Assembly (NCBI GenBank): GCA_949372655.1
Contig: CASIAI010000009.1
Location: 156-64,155, forward strand
Reading direction: 5' to 3'
Length of the DNA stretch: 64,000 bases
Source: Candidatus Poseidoniaceae archaeon
GTDB taxonomy: Archaea; Thermoplasmatota; Poseidoniia; Poseidoniales; Poseidoniaceae
In this document: positions 47,705 through 57,847 of the stretch, piece by piece
Layout: each line of letters opens with the position of its first letter
Position numbering within the stretch: position 1 is the first letter of the stretch
The notes under the pieces: model-generated
Told to the model about the DNA's origin: nothing
Seen by the model: the letters and a program-made list of their open reading frames with translations, nothing else
Database searches by the model: none
Program-made: the position numbers and the translations under genes

Positions 47705-49519
47705 TCAATCCCTTGGCCTATTACTGATGAAGGAAATAGCAAAAGATGTGATTAGAATTAGTAGTATGGAAGGTGCAAATGAGGGTGCGTCAATTATACT
47801 ACTAATTGTAGCACCAGTAACTACCATGTGGTTCTTATTATTTGACTCATCAAATTCATCTATCACATTATTTGGGTCGATTACTAATCGTAGATCGAAT
47901 TGTCCAGAATCAGGAACAGTATAGTTCCAGATTAGTAATTCACTTGAATCAGTTAGAATTCCAGAGTTTAAATTTCGAGTTTCTAAAACAGTCCAAGCAA
48001 CTGCAGAAGTTCTGTCAGCAGGTGCAGACTCAAGCCTTACCGTAACACTACCACCATAGCCCTCACTCGACTCAAGAAGACTCGTGATTGTCACATTACC
48101 AGTACTATCTCCCGGTTTCACAATCAATCTATCTAAGTTGGTTTCACTGGTATTCCAATGTAAATCTAGACTAGGGAGTACTTGGTATGAAGCGGGAGAG
48201 GTTGTAATCGAATTACCCGCAAGGTCAACAACATGCGCTCTTAACATCAAGTATTGTCTAGATTTTGTCGACCAACTTGATTGAGCCACTAGACCCGATA
48301 GACCTGTGGTCGAGATTTGTTGCCAACTTCCTGACAAGTCAGGGGTCTGACCCACGCCATTCGAGTCAAACCCATACTCGATATAGGATGCAGTAGAATC
48401 GATTCCCGAGGTTGAGTCAAAGGCTGAGAATTCTACAGGTAATATACTGATTCTATCAGTCGTAATCTGTTCAATAACCCAACCAATTTCTTCAGGGTTA
48501 GTAGTATCTATTTGGATATTCAATTGTGTCGCTTGACCAATATTACCTACTTTATCCACTGAGCGAACAGATACAGAGTTAGACCCTTCTGGTAGTGTAA
48601 TTTGATAACTATCGCTAGTTGTTGAAACCCATATTATTCCATCAGTACTTATCTCACTGTAATCTAAACCACTTCCTTGTCCATCATCTGCTGATGTTAC
48701 AAGACCAGAGATAGTTACTGTCGACGAGTCATACCACCCGGACCCATCTCCTACGGTAATTGTACCAAGGCTTGGTCCGGTTCTATCGATGCCAATGAAG
48801 ATAGTTTCAGTAGCAGTAAGTCCTGAATTATCATAAACAGTAATTCGGGGATTCCAACTACCCTCTTCCATATTACCTGAAGCCCAGTCCCAACCATAGG
48901 AAATAGAACTAGGTCCATCATTTGGTGGTGTACTTGGCCCAGGAACATTGACTAGACTTGCACGTAATAAATCATCATCATTTACTCCCCATCTAAATTC
49001 TAGAGTCCCAGTTGAATCGATATTGAACCATGCTCTATCATTAGCCGAATCCCCAGTTCCAATTACAGGATTTAGTACGGTAAAAATTGTAATTTCTGGA
49101 ACTTGATTATCGATGGTAAAGGAATCGGAAATTTGTATGACATCTTCTTGATTTGTTGAGTCATAAGCGGTTGCTCTAAGGCTATATGTTCCGTTAGTAT
49201 AACTGGTTGAGTCGAGATATGTCAACCATGGAGAAGATGTTAGATTAGTTACAGTAGTCCAAGAAGTACCATCAGAAATCTCTACCAATACAGAAGATAC
49301 TGTGGCGGTTCCCCCTAGTGCTAAAGAAACTGTATACAGGCCAGTAATACTCTGCCCAGATGTTGGCCCATTAGAATAGGAAATAGTCACATCAGAGTTA
49401 GAAAAAGAGGTTCGATTTTGCTCTAATTCTAAAGAACTTTCAGGTTCGAAATTTAGGTTGGCGAACATCGAGGATACTAGAATCAGTCCAAGGACTAGAG
49501 CCACTCCCCCCCTTCGCAT
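47705..49519 (-). CDS. Ig/CARDB surface glycoprotein with PGF-CTERM-like sorting tail
   Basis: Signal peptide, Ser/Thr-rich Ig domains, IDPNN.IDE.DESNN, C-terminal APSF-TM-RPRD. Confidence 0.75.
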   Translation of the reverse strand: MRRGGVALVLGLILVSSMFANLNFEPESSLELEQNRTSFSNSDVTISYSNGPTSGQSITGLYTVSLALGGTATVSSVLVEISDGTSWTTVTNLTSSPWLTYLDSTSYTNGTYSLRATAYDSTNQEDVIQISDSFTIDNQVPEITIFTVLNPVIGTGDSANDRAWFNIDSTGTLEFRWGVNDDDLLRASLVNVPGPSTPPNDGPSSISYGWDWASGNMEEGSWNPRITVYDNSGLTATETIFIGIDRTGPSLGTITVGDGSGWYDSSTVTISGLVTSADDGQGSGLDYSEISTDGIIWVSTTSDSYQITLPEGSNSVSVRSVDKVGNIGQATQLNIQIDTTNPEEIGWVIEQITTDRISILPVEFSAFDSTSGIDSTASYIEYGFDSNGVGQTPDLSGSWQQISTTGLSGLVAQSSWSTKSRQYLMLRAHVVDLAGNSITTSPASYQVLPSLDLHWNTSETNLDRLIVKPGDSTGNVTITSLLESSEGYGGSVTVRLESAPADRTSAVAWTVLETRNLNSGILTDSSELLIWNYTVPDSGQFDLRLVIDPNNVIDEFDESNNKNHMVVTGATISSIIDAPSFAPSILLILITSFAISFISNRPRD

Positions 49520-49663
49520 GACAGTAAGAGGTTCGGGGTTATCCTTCAATGCTCCCCTTGTAAATCAGTATTTTCAATAAATTAGTCGATTTTTGCCAAC
49601 TGCGGTATATTGAAATTAGGTCTTTGAAGGGCTAAATTACACCTTGTTTAGAGATGGGTTCAA

Positions 49664-52462
49664 GTGCTTTGCAATATGTCGATGTTGTATATGGCAGGTA
49701 AGTGGCAAGTCATCATTGGTGTGATGATTCTTAGTATTGCAATACTCCCTGCAAATATTGCAGCATACAATAGTGGTGGAATTGAAGCATCAGAAGCACA
49801 GGTCGCTCTCAGTCCTTCGACAGGACTGACTCAAGGAGATTCAGTGACCATTTATCTCACTCTGTCCAACACTTTACAATCTGATGCTTTTGATGTAGAA
49901 TTTGCTTTCTACATGAATGACTACACCTCAAGTCAACAGTTATTGAAGAGTGTAGTTGATATTTATGCCCAAGAAACTGAAACAGTTTCCATAACTTGGG
50001 ATGGGTTACAAGAATCGGATAGTCGTGTCTGGATAGTATTCGAATATGGTGGTAATGAACAATCATTCTTCATTGATTTTGAAGTTGCAGGTCTTCCAAA
50101 TCTTAGAGTTATGCAATCTGACCTTTCTCCTTCTAGCGGTATTAATTCTGGAGATTCAGTTCAGTTATCGACATTAGTCAAAAATACAGGTTCTGAGCCC
50201 GCAGTTGCTAGCACCTTGAAAATAGATTTACCATCTTCCTTAGCCGATGAAGAGGTCACGATATCACCTCTTACTCCAGGGCAAGAGGAATGGTTTAACA
50301 CCACATTTATAGCCCCTTCAAGCGGAACTTATTCGATTTATGTGACTCCAGATTATCATGATGATGTTATCGAAGCATCTGAAAATAATAAGGTGAAAAC
50401 CGTATCTCTAATAGTCGATCCAAGAATGGATGTATATCATCTAGAAAACATTACTATCACGGATACAGAAGGTTCATTGCAAGGTCCATGGACAATATCT
50501 GGAAAACTGGCTAGAACTGGAGGAACCGGCACTACAACTGTTCCTATGTGGATAGAAGTTGCAACCGGTACTGGCGGAATTGTTACAGCAGAACCATTTG
50601 ATGTGATTTTGGATGGAACTGGCTATGCTGAACAATCCTGGTCGACAATTATGACGTCAAACACAGTCGTTTCATTACCTGCAGGAGGATACCTTTTGAC
50701 TGCCCAAATAGATCCTTTTAACGACCCGAGCTTCTTACAAGAGTCTAAGTCAAACGACCGTTCAAGCGCTCTCTTGACAATAATGGAAGTACCGGATGTA
50801 TTTGTCGATGCTATTGCTCGTCCTTCATCTCCCGAAGTAAATTCTGGAGAGAGAGTTATTTGGGAGGTCACAGTGCAAAATACTGGCGGAGTCGCTGTTA
50901 GCGGTAAATTAGAGTATCAATTTGAGGGATTTACTGACCTTTCAACCCGTATCGATTTAACCCCTGGTGAGTCATTCACTTGGTTTAGTGCTCCTTTATT
51001 GACTGTATCAGGTGCCCACCAAGCCCCTTTTACAGCAGAATGGAAGCCATTTGAAGGTAGCCCGGACAGTAATTCCGATAATAATGTCGCAAAAAATAAT
51101 ATCACTGTGAAGGCTGATTTAAGGCTTGAATGGGCTCCGTCTTCGCTTCAGTTAATAGATTCTGACGGAGAAGAGGCATTATACCCGTTAGAAGAAGGAG
51201 AGAATTATACAATTTCTATTAACTTAACCAGCCTAGCACTTGGAGAGATCAGTTTTGATTGTTTAAATGGGAAAAATGAATTAATTTCAACTACTGAAGT
51301 AAATGTTTCAACGATTGGTCGAACCGTTAACCTTGAATGTGAATTCACTGCAATTGCTCCATTATCATCTATCCAACTCCGCCCATCTGACTCTTCAAAA
51401 GTAACTTCAACCTATACTAGACAATTTTCCACTGCTTTTTCACTTACCGACGACTCTTCCGAACAATCCAAGTCTGGGACTATGACCTTGATTGGAGTGG
51501 GTGTATTTGTATTGATAGCCATCCTTGGGCTTGCAGTGTGGTTTACAAGAGAATCAGAAGAAGAAGTGGAAAGAGATATTTTTGAATATTGCCCTGCTTG
51601 TGATGGAGAACTTGAAGGTGATGAGTCACGTTGTCCATATTGTTCCTTTAACCTAAACAAGGCGAGAAAACAATTCCACAACTGCCATGAATGTGGTGAG
51701 TCTGTTCCTGACTTGATGGATAACTGTCCTTATTGTGGAGTTCAACAAGATGTATCTTCGTTCTTTGAAAGAAGAGAAAAGAAAGAGCGTAAAGTTGCAA
51801 AGGTAGAGGTTGCACTTCCCGAAATCGATGAAGATGAAATAGTCAGAGGTACTGAAAACTTTGCTGAGACTGTCAAGGAATTTGGCTATGATGAAGAACA
51901 ACTTGAAGACGAGTGGGATGAGAAATTCGCTAAGGCAGAAGCAGAGATAGCTGAACTAGAACAATCCTATGAGGATGAATATTCAACTGATGGATTAACT
52001 CCTGAAGAGATTGAAGAACTCGATTCACAAGTCACTACAAAACTACGTAGTATGAAACAATTAGAAGAGCAGTCTAATAATGTCGATGAGATGTTAGCTG
52101 CCAAAGGTAATTTAATTTCTCACAAAGATGATGGAAGTGAACTATCTGCCAGTGATGCAGAAATTAGAGGTAGGTTGTACGAAATTACCGGAGAAAAAGG
52201 AATTATGCCAGGTGATGAAGTCAAAGTTGGAATGAATCTTTCAGATGCAGCATTAGCTGGAAATGAAATTGAGGAAACAAGTAGTGACTTTACCTTCGAT
52301 GACGATCAGCCAATCGCAAAATTAGAGGATAAAGATGAACTAAGCTCTAAGAGGCATCAACCAAAGCGACGTGAGAAGAAGACTGCTGAGTGTGGTGCTT
52401 GTGCAGCCCAAATCCCAATCATGGCCAAGGAGTGCCCTGTTTGTGGTGCTGAATTTGAATGA
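49664..52462 (+). CDS. CARDB-repeat single-pass membrane protein with cytoplasmic double zinc ribbons
   Basis: CARDB motifs, TM, CPAC/CPYC/CHEC/CPYC, acidic coiled region, terminal CGAC/CPVC. Confidence 0.78.
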   Translation: MLCNMSMLYMAGKWQVIIGVMILSIAILPANIAAYNSGGIEASEAQVALSPSTGLTQGDSVTIYLTLSNTLQSDAFDVEFAFYMNDYTSSQQLLKSVVDIYAQETETVSITWDGLQESDSRVWIVFEYGGNEQSFFIDFEVAGLPNLRVMQSDLSPSSGINSGDSVQLSTLVKNTGSEPAVASTLKIDLPSSLADEEVTISPLTPGQEEWFNTTFIAPSSGTYSIYVTPDYHDDVIEASENNKVKTVSLIVDPRMDVYHLENITITDTEGSLQGPWTISGKLARTGGTGTTTVPMWIEVATGTGGIVTAEPFDVILDGTGYAEQSWSTIMTSNTVVSLPAGGYLLTAQIDPFNDPSFLQESKSNDRSSALLTIMEVPDVFVDAIARPSSPEVNSGERVIWEVTVQNTGGVAVSGKLEYQFEGFTDLSTRIDLTPGESFTWFSAPLLTVSGAHQAPFTAEWKPFEGSPDSNSDNNVAKNNITVKADLRLEWAPSSLQLIDSDGEEALYPLEEGENYTISINLTSLALGEISFDCLNGKNELISTTEVNVSTIGRTVNLECEFTAIAPLSSIQLRPSDSSKVTSTYTRQFSTAFSLTDDSSEQSKSGTMTLIGVGVFVLIAILGLAVWFTRESEEEVERDIFEYCPACDGELEGDESRCPYCSFNLNKARKQFHNCHECGESVPDLMDNCPYCGVQQDVSSFFERREKKERKVAKVEVALPEIDEDEIVRGTENFAETVKEFGYDEEQLEDEWDEKFAKAEAEIAELEQSYEDEYSTDGLTPEEIEELDSQVTTKLRSMKQLEEQSNNVDEMLAAKGNLISHKDDGSELSASDAEIRGRLYEITGEKGIMPGDEVKVGMNLSDAALAGNEIEETSSDFTFDDDQPIAKLEDKDELSSKRHQPKRREKKTAECGACAAQIPIMAKECPVCGAEFE

Positions 52463-52529
52463 TGTCCGTCGGCTTTCATAGGGTTCGTCATTGCCATAGG
52501 CTCGGCTACCATGTGCGTCATTCGGACAT
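52462..52529 (-). ncRNA. Box C/D guide sRNA, probable guide for Cm34 of pre-tRNA-Met (sR-tMet-like)
   Basis: AUGUCCG-A-AUGACGC-ACAUGGUAG-CCGA-GCCUAUGGC-A-AUGACGA-ACCCUAUGAAAG-CCGA-CGGACAU: 7-bp terminal stem and two K-turn-compatible box pairs. Confidence 0.8.
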
Positions 52530-52537
52530 AGCGCGAT

Positions 52538-53173
52538 ATGCTTTTGGCTTTCAAATCAACGCTCATTTTTGGATATAATTCATATCGAAGAATATTTTGG
52601 CAGATAGTAATGAGGACAAAAATTCTTCCACTTTTTTTGATTCTAGTCTTCATGACCTCTGGTTTATCAGGTTGTATGGGGCTGATTCAAGCAAGAGAAT
52701 CATTGGAAGGAATGAGAGGAGAGCCTTATAACCAACCTTATGCAGATAAAATTGCCATGACACATACCTTTCAGACCGGTTCAGTGCTAGAACTAGTAGA
52801 GGAGTACTCCAACAGTACCTCATTCTCTATCGATGAATCTGTGCAGCGAATTGAAATATATTTCAAAGTAACAATTAGTCTTTCAGATACTTTTGCATGT
52901 TTAGAACAAGCACCAACACGTTATGTACGTCCAACTGTTACTACAGCATCTGGTGCTATTTTGTGGTCTGAAGATGTTTGTGAAGATGTCTCTCCAACTA
53001 CTTATGACTTTGAACCGGCTGACTTTGACTCATTGGGTGATTTCACTTTGGATGTAAAGGCAAGAGGTTTCGGGGAAACAACCGCAGGTTTGTTTCAAGA
53101 TGACTTCATAATCATCATCAATGTCTACCACGAGTGTAGACAGTATCCACAAGAACCTCCATGTGACAAGTAA
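52538..53173 (+). CDS. Lipoprotein of unknown function
   Basis: Lipobox LSGC after a hydrophobic stretch; real start is probably the ATG at 52610 (MRTKIL). Confidence 0.7.
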   Translation: MLLAFKSTLIFGYNSYRRIFWQIVMRTKILPLFLILVFMTSGLSGCMGLIQARESLEGMRGEPYNQPYADKIAMTHTFQTGSVLELVEEYSNSTSFSIDESVQRIEIYFKVTISLSDTFACLEQAPTRYVRPTVTTASGAILWSEDVCEDVSPTTYDFEPADFDSLGDFTLDVKARGFGETTAGLFQDDFIIIINVYHECRQYPQEPPCDK

Positions 53174-54370
53174 TCATACTAATGATTCATTACAAGCGTA
53201 TTTCCTAGAGCAATTTTGACATTTACCTTTTCGTTCATGATTCCTTTTTGCTCCACCTTCTACTGTAAGACGTTGAATTTCTTGAATTGCCGAGAATAAT
53301 TCTTGTTTCGTATTTTCATCCCAGTAAATTTGATGAATATCTTCGTTTCCATATCTTAGAATTCCATATGGAGTACTTCTTTTCGTACTTGTTTCCACAA
53401 GGTGTAAGTAAGCCAATAACTGCATTTTATGAGATAGATGTGGCCTCTTAGGAATTCTACCAGTTTTTTGCTCTACAGGAATAAATTCACCATCCACAAC
53501 CACTATCTGGTCAGGTCTTCCTCTTAGTCCAATATTTTCATCAATCAATAATCCTGTACTTTCCTCATCATCAGAGTATACCACTTCAGTATCTTCCTCT
53601 AATCCAACATCTTTTCTTGCAATTTCTGCTGCATTTTCGATCAATAAGGCCCGTTGTAATTGCCAAGATGCTGCAAGGGTCCAAAGCATTGCTAGAGTAA
53701 AAAGAATAAAACCTGCCTGAGTCCTATTTTCAGCTGCTACAAGTGCTATTGAGTGAATTCCCAGTAGAATTACGGTGAATAACAAACTTATCTCAATTTT
53801 TCCAGCTTCAAACCAACCTCCTTGGAAGTCGATATTCTCCCATTCTGATTGCATGATATCATTTTGTTGAATCAAACGATTTTTCTCTTGGCGTAAGGTT
53901 TCAGATAACCCAAGCCAACCCCTCCATGGTAGATAGATGGCTAATATGGTTGCGAATAGTAGAATCATACTCCATAAAGCCAAGTATCTGGCTAAATCTA
54001 TTGGAGAGACAATTATATCATCAATAACTACGAATGCTATTGAGTCGATAACTAGTGCGATAATAACGGTAAACCACCAAGTCCAAATCAGTAAATGTTT
54101 TTTGAATTGAATTTGCTTATCTTGAAATTCGACAACTTTTTTGTGTATTTCTGCGTGTTTCTCTTTTCCGCTATTTATTGCTTCACCTTGGCCAGAATTA
54201 CCTTGTCTGGCTAAAGACCAAGACATCGGACAATAAGCGTGTCTTTCAATGTCACTGGCGCTGATTCTAAGCGGAGAGTTTTCGGCATCTCTCCAGAACC
54301 CATCTTTACACAATTTTGCGCCATAAACGCCACTTGAGCGAGACATAACACTACTTCCCGCCCCTCCCAT
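53174..54370 (-). CDS. Solo Cas4-like PD-(D/E)xK nuclease with inserted transmembrane helices
   Basis: ISASDI...AYCP, G...H, GRPD, VEQKTG, QL.AY and KCQNC.....C; about four hydrophobic helices between the N-terminal Cys and the nuclease core. Confidence 0.85.
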   Translation of the reverse strand: MGGAGSSVMSRSSGVYGAKLCKDGFWRDAENSPLRISASDIERHAYCPMSWSLARQGNSGQGEAINSGKEKHAEIHKKVVEFQDKQIQFKKHLLIWTWWFTVIIALVIDSIAFVVIDDIIVSPIDLARYLALWSMILLFATILAIYLPWRGWLGLSETLRQEKNRLIQQNDIMQSEWENIDFQGGWFEAGKIEISLLFTVILLGIHSIALVAAENRTQAGFILFTLAMLWTLAASWQLQRALLIENAAEIARKDVGLEEDTEVVYSDDEESTGLLIDENIGLRGRPDQIVVVDGEFIPVEQKTGRIPKRPHLSHKMQLLAYLHLVETSTKRSTPYGILRYGNEDIHQIYWDENTKQELFSAIQEIQRLTVEGGAKRNHERKGKCQNCSRKYACNESLV

Positions 54371-54514
54371 AAATTACCCTTTTCTGTTTTCAAACTTCTA
54401 ATCTTCTATGGTTTGAATCATAAAATAAATAGGATAATGGTACAATCATAGAATTATAACAGTGCGAAGCGGTTTAATATGGGGGCTAAGTGGAACGGAT
54501 GCTGAGGTCTATTT

Positions 54515-55123
54515 ATGTCTGAAGAAGCGAGCCTATTGTTGCCATTTGAATCCTATGAGGAAAACGCAGTTAATATTGGTACTCAACAAAAGAGTGCAGA
54601 TATGGCTAGGTTTATCGAAAAAGTACGTGAAGATGGGCTATATCTGTTGGACGTAAACATTACAGATTCTAGAATCAGAACTACTGCCGCTTTCTTGACA
54701 AAGTTCGATGCTCCTAGAATCATGGTAGTATCTGCTCGTCAATACGGCCAAAGACCAGCAAGAATGTTTGCAGAGGCTATAGGCGCTAACGCTGCTGTAG
54801 GACGTTTCATTCCAGGCTCTCTAACAAATCCTGCTCTTCGCTCATATGTTGAACCAGATATTCTGTTTGTCACAGACCCTGCTGCCGATCAACAAGCTCT
54901 TCGTGAAGCGGTTAATACTGGGCTTCCAGTAGTTGGAATCGTTGATGCTAACAATAATCTACGTAATGTGGACATCGCAGTTCCTGCAAATAACAAAGGA
55001 CGTCGTTCTTTGGCTCTTATCTATTGGTTGCTTGCTCGTGAAGTTCTCAAAGCACGTGGAGAAACCACTGATGAAGCATGGGCAGAAGCAAATGATGTCG
55101 AAGAGTGGCAATCTACTTTCTAA
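54515..55123 (+). CDS. rps2: 30S ribosomal protein uS2 (archaeal type)
   Basis: IGTQQKS.DM, GRFIPGSLTNP, VTDP..D.QA..EA and PANNKGRRSLAL.YWLLARE. Confidence 0.96.
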   Translation: MSEEASLLLPFESYEENAVNIGTQQKSADMARFIEKVREDGLYLLDVNITDSRIRTTAAFLTKFDAPRIMVVSARQYGQRPARMFAEAIGANAAVGRFIPGSLTNPALRSYVEPDILFVTDPAADQQALREAVNTGLPVVGIVDANNNLRNVDIAVPANNKGRRSLALIYWLLAREVLKARGETTDEAWAEANDVEEWQSTF

Positions 55124-55164
55124 TTGATGTTAAAATCTAATAAGTTGTTTTTAATACAACGGTT

Positions 55165-55917
55165 ATGGCCAATAGTGAACATAGTTATGTTGACTATGGT
55201 AAGTATGAATGTTCCCTCGAAGAATTAAGTTCTAGAAATAGACAAATATTACTTTGGTTTAGTTTTGGAATCTTTTGGTTATGGCTATTTGTTGAAGTCT
55301 TCAATATTCTTTGGTTTTGGGAAGAATTCTATTTTGCTATTTCCGAGTCAGGCAGGCAAGTAGTTACTGAGAATCCTGACGGTAGCCAGTCTTGTGAAGT
55401 CAATCTGTATCAAACATGTGAACGCTATGTCGGTGCAGGTGGTATTTGGTGGTCATTACTAGGTAGTTTACTAACCGGAATTGCTGTTGGACCATTGGTT
55501 TTCTCAATTCTAATTTTCACTTACAGAACTAAAGATGTTACTAAAAAGTGGAAAGAAGAAATCTGGGGCTTGTTATTTTTAATTAATCCTTCAATAATTT
55601 GGGCTTTATTGTGGTTAATATGTTTACCATATGCATGGTCATTATTGCCCTGGGGTGATTGGTCGACTAATTGGTGGAAAATATTTCCTTATGGGTTCGG
55701 ATTAGTTTGGATGGGTGGACTTCCGCCAATCTTGGCTATTAGTCAGTTCTTTAGAAAAGTTTTCAATCAAGAATATAACTATGATTTAACCATAGAAGCG
55801 GAAAAGTCAGATGATGAAGAGAATCATCGTATTCAAGAGATGCTTGAAAAAGAACAAATAAGTTCCACCTCAGAGTCTAGTGGGCAAAAGAAAACTAATT
55901 TCTGGGAACCCATCTGA
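55165..55917 (+). CDS. Trp-rich hypothetical membrane protein
   Basis: About four TM segments and an acidic C-terminal tail. Confidence 0.65.
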   Translation: MANSEHSYVDYGKYECSLEELSSRNRQILLWFSFGIFWLWLFVEVFNILWFWEEFYFAISESGRQVVTENPDGSQSCEVNLYQTCERYVGAGGIWWSLLGSLLTGIAVGPLVFSILIFTYRTKDVTKKWKEEIWGLLFLINPSIIWALLWLICLPYAWSLLPWGDWSTNWWKIFPYGFGLVWMGGLPPILAISQFFRKVFNQEYNYDLTIEAEKSDDEENHRIQEMLEKEQISSTSESSGQKKTNFWEPI

Positions 55918-55919
55918 TT

Positions 55920-56687
55920 TCAGATCCATCCAAGACCCTTAGATGCTTCATAAATATACATGAATCCACTTACAATAATTGCTACTAATATTCCAGACCT
56001 TATCCAAGAATCTTTCCAAGATAATAGCCATTTTTTACCAAGGTTAACTCCCATAATGGCTGCAAGAACCAAAGCGATAATCAAAATATATTCATCCATT
56101 ATTCCTCTGCCTTCAAAATATAAGTAAATTGGAATTCTAGTTAAATCAACTACCAATGCTAGAACACTTGCCGTAGCAGCATAAGTCAGTTTATCTGGTA
56201 GTCTTTTTTGTAAAAACAATGCTCTTAATGCCCCTTGGTGTCCTGTTAAGCCACCAAAAAAACCAGAACCAAAACCACCGATCCTGTCTTCTGTTTCACC
56301 AAGCCTAAGTTTAGTCCATTTTTCGGTCACCGATAAAAGTGGTAGGATAATCAACGCTATTCCAACAACCAAAAGTAGAGGATTAGATGGTATTTTTGAT
56401 TGTAATAGTGAACCTATTATGGCTCCTAAAATTAAAGCCCAACCATATCTCTTTACGGCATCTAAATTTATGTTTGAGCGTAATACTTTCAACTTCCAAG
56501 CATTATGTGCACCATGAATGACTGCAACAACAGCAATTGCTTCATGAGGTGGTAGCCATAGTAAAACTACAGGTGTTAGCATTGTTGCAAGACCAAATCC
56601 TGCAGGCACGGTTAATGCAGCAGCCATTAATGTGATGGCCATGCTAACAATGATTAGCATTACATCCATGACAATGCTAGTAACCAT
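55920..56687 (-). CDS. TauE/SafE family permease
   Basis: AGFG.A....P...L..P...A and G..SGFFGGLTGHQG motifs; about eight TMs. Confidence 0.85.
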   Translation of the reverse strand: MVTSIVMDVMLIIVSMAITLMAAALTVPAGFGLATMLTPVVLLWLPPHEAIAVVAVIHGAHNAWKLKVLRSNINLDAVKRYGWALILGAIIGSLLQSKIPSNPLLLVVGIALIILPLLSVTEKWTKLRLGETEDRIGGFGSGFFGGLTGHQGALRALFLQKRLPDKLTYAATASVLALVVDLTRIPIYLYFEGRGIMDEYILIIALVLAAIMGVNLGKKWLLSWKDSWIRSGILVAIIVSGFMYIYEASKGLGWI

Positions 56688-56717
56688 TTAGCAATAAGAG
56701 TGTCTAAATAGTCACTA

Positions 56718-56761
56718 AATCAATTATTAAATTACTTAATCATTGTAATTTTTAATTGATT
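56718..56761. promoter_or_regulatory. Imperfect palindrome in the divergent tauE/KAS intergenic region
   Basis: AATCAATTATTAAATTAC-N9-GTAATTTTTAATTGATT. Confidence 0.4.
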
Positions 56762-56803
56762 GTCGGTTGAAGTTTTTTCTACTAGAATAATTGCAAAATA
56801 TTC

Positions 56804-57847
56804 ATGCCGGAAGACAACCGCCATGTCCAAATGGTTTCTTTCGCAGGCTATCTGCCTGAAAAAAAGGTTGATACAACCTCATTTGCGGCCCCTAGCGATT
56901 TACCAAGGTCGTTGGATTTTATTAGACTAACAGGGATATTAGCACATCATGAGGTATCTGAACAGCAAGGTAGCTTTGAATTGGCAATCGAGGCTGGTAA
57001 AAAAGCAATTTCAAGAGCCGAAATCGACCCTGATTCAATCGATTTGGTAATCAATTCCTCAGTTAGTAAGATGGATAGCGAATTGAGTCAACATTTATCA
57101 CCAAGTTATGCAACCTTAATTGCCAATAAACTGGGGATAAATAATGCCCAAACATTTGATGTTTCAAATGCATGTGCTAGTATGATGACCTCTCTTATGA
57201 TAGCAGAATCTAGAATCAGAAGTGGTCAAGCAGAATATGCATTAATTGTTTCAGGAGAGCATATCACTCCTATTATCGATGAAGCAAAAAGAAGAAATCT
57301 ATACCTTCACCCTAGGGCAATAGCATCGCTCACAGTTGGCGATGGTGCTGCTGCATACATTCTAGGTCCTAGCAAAGAAGAGGGTAGAATTCGATTTAGT
57401 AAGCCATTTACATTAGCACAATATAATAGACATTGTATTGGACAAGCATGTAAAAATCATCGTGGCCCACAAATGAGAACTAAGGCAAGGGATTTGCAAG
57501 ATGGAGTATTGAATAATCTCGGTATTTTCTTACAGCGTGCTGTAAAAAAAATGGACCTCAAATGGGAGGAAATCGACCATACATACTCTCATCCAACAAC
57601 CCCTAAAGCGGTCAAAAAGGGTGCAAAGTTAGCAACTGATATTTTTGGTGAAATTAATTTTTTACACAATGATAGTGCTGAAACGGCCAATACAGCGTCA
57701 ACAACGCATGGAGTACTATTAGAAATTTCACAAAATAGAGACTACTTGAATTCAAATGAAACGGTTTTCATGGTCTCTTTCGGTTCAGGACTTGCCATCA
57801 TGGCGATGCATTTTAATCTTCCAGAGGGGGTAGAAAAATGGTCGTAA
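56804..57847 (+). CDS. KAS III/OleA/LstA-like condensing enzyme, catalytic subunit
   Basis: GYLP, TGI, FDVSNAC (C124), SGE, LTVGDGAAA, H263, N296 and FGSG. Confidence 0.88.
   Translation: MPEDNRHVQMVSFAGYLPEKKVDTTSFAAPSDLPRSLDFIRLTGILAHHEVSEQQGSFELAIEAGKKAISRAEIDPDSIDLVINSSVSKMDSELSQHLSPSYATLIANKLGINNAQTFDVSNACASMMTSLMIAESRIRSGQAEYALIVSGEHITPIIDEAKRRNLYLHPRAIASLTVGDGAAAYILGPSKEEGRIRFSKPFTLAQYNRHCIGQACKNHRGPQMRTKARDLQDGVLNNLGIFLQRAVKKMDLKWEEIDHTYSHPTTPKAVKKGAKLATDIFGEINFLHNDSAETANTASTTHGVLLEISQNRDYLNSNETVFMVSFGSGLAIMAMHFNLPEGVEKWS

Noticed and set aside
52463-52531. Stop-codon readthrough adding a hydrophobic tail (CPSAFIGFVIAIG...), and the antisense ORF 52357..52653
   Set aside because: The sequence is fully explained by the minus-strand C/D box sRNA.
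52400-54520. CRISPR-Cas locus around the Cas4-like gene
   Set aside because: No repeat-spacer array and no cas1, cas2 or effector genes seen anywhere in the window.
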